Source: Narcine bancroftii (Eukaryota). Taken from it: a DNA stretch of 64,000 nucleotides. This document shows positions 63,265 to 64,000 of the stretch, one piece after another. The position numbers and the translations under genes were made by a program. The notes below the pieces were generated by a model. The model was not told the origin of the DNA, did no database searches, and saw only the letters and a program-made list of their open reading frames with translations. Within the stretch, counting starts at the first letter, position 1. Each line of letters starts with the position of its first letter. Location of the stretch: NCBI RefSeq assembly GCF_036971445.1, contig NC_091475.1, forward strand, positions 195,052,001-195,116,000. Reading direction: 5' to 3'.

Positions 63265-64000
63265 ATGTGGATAAGACATCTGGAGGGTCATTAAGGGCTC
63301 CTGGCCGATATGCAATGTCATAATTGTAGGTGAAGAGCTCGATCCTCCACCGAGCAATCTCGTCATTCTTGATTTTGTCCCTCTTGACATTACTATACAT
63401 GAATGCGACCGAGCACTGGTCAGTGAGGAGTGTAAACTTTCTACCAGCCAGGTAGTGTCTTCAGTGCCTTACGGCTTCTACAATGGCTTGAGCTTCCTTT
63501 TCTACCGATGGGTTCCAGAGCTCATGGTCTTGTAATATCCATGAAAAAATGCAACCGGCCTGCCCACCTTATTTATGGTAGCGGCCAGGACTATGTACAT
63601 TCTCTTCTACCACGTGCATGGCGGCTTTCGCAATATGGTTCCGGAGATAGTTAAAAGCCATTTGGGCTTCAGCTGAGAGGGGAAATTAGTGGTATTTAGG
63701 AGAGGGCAAATCTTATCAGTGTCCTGATCTAGGATAATCGAGTCTAGGACCCTGGAGACTCCATACTCCTCAGCCAAGTGGCCTCCACCGTCCTGGGTTT
63801 CCCTGCATGGGTAAGATAGCGTCGACCTTGTGGCGCGGCAAGATGATCACCCTCCTTCCTCCTATGATGTTGATGGCGTCATGTTTGAATTTGCGTCAAG
63901 GCAAGATGGCCACTGAGCCTTTTCATGTCGTTTTCTCACCACCACCCCCCATCACCGTGTCACACAGCAAATGGGTTCGGGTGAATTCAGGGCAGAGGGC
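63265..64000 (-). mobile_element. Gypsy internal fragment (RNase H joined to gag/pro boundary), runs off the window
   Basis: SVEKEAQAIVEAVRH*RHYLAGRKFTLLTD...RWRIELFTYNYDIAYRPG. Confidence 0.8.

Overview
This is eukaryotic (vertebrate) genomic DNA, intronic or intergenic and dominated by transposable elements. The repeat mix (CR1, Rex1/Babar, RTE, fish-type L1, DIRS, Gypsy, Penelope, V-SINE/HE1-like tRNA SINEs) suggests a cartilaginous fish; that is inference. I cannot identify an intact host protein-coding gene, only a few candidate spliced exons. Nearly every long ORF in the track is a decayed retroelement fragment or its antisense shadow. The best-supported structures are: (1) a young RTE LINE with a twin-priming-type 5' inversion and a 12-bp TSD; (2) a near-complete DIRS retrotransposon (gag, RT, RNase H, DAM-like methyltransferase, tyrosine recombinase, ITR/ICR) whose 5' terminal repeat is split by an L1 with a 17-bp TSD; (3) a near full-length CR1 with an SGNH esterase ORF1 and an internal templated insertion; (4) a ~560-bp inverted duplication spanning several TE junctions; (5) solo LTRs with TSDs, one ERV-like; (6) palindromic Penelope pLTR derivatives with decayed hammerhead cores; (7) a non-coding repeat family with a Rex1-type tail. 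There is a 224-N gap at 27888-28111. I found no evidence for a novel multi-gene system. Boundaries of decayed fragments are approximate unless a TSD is given.
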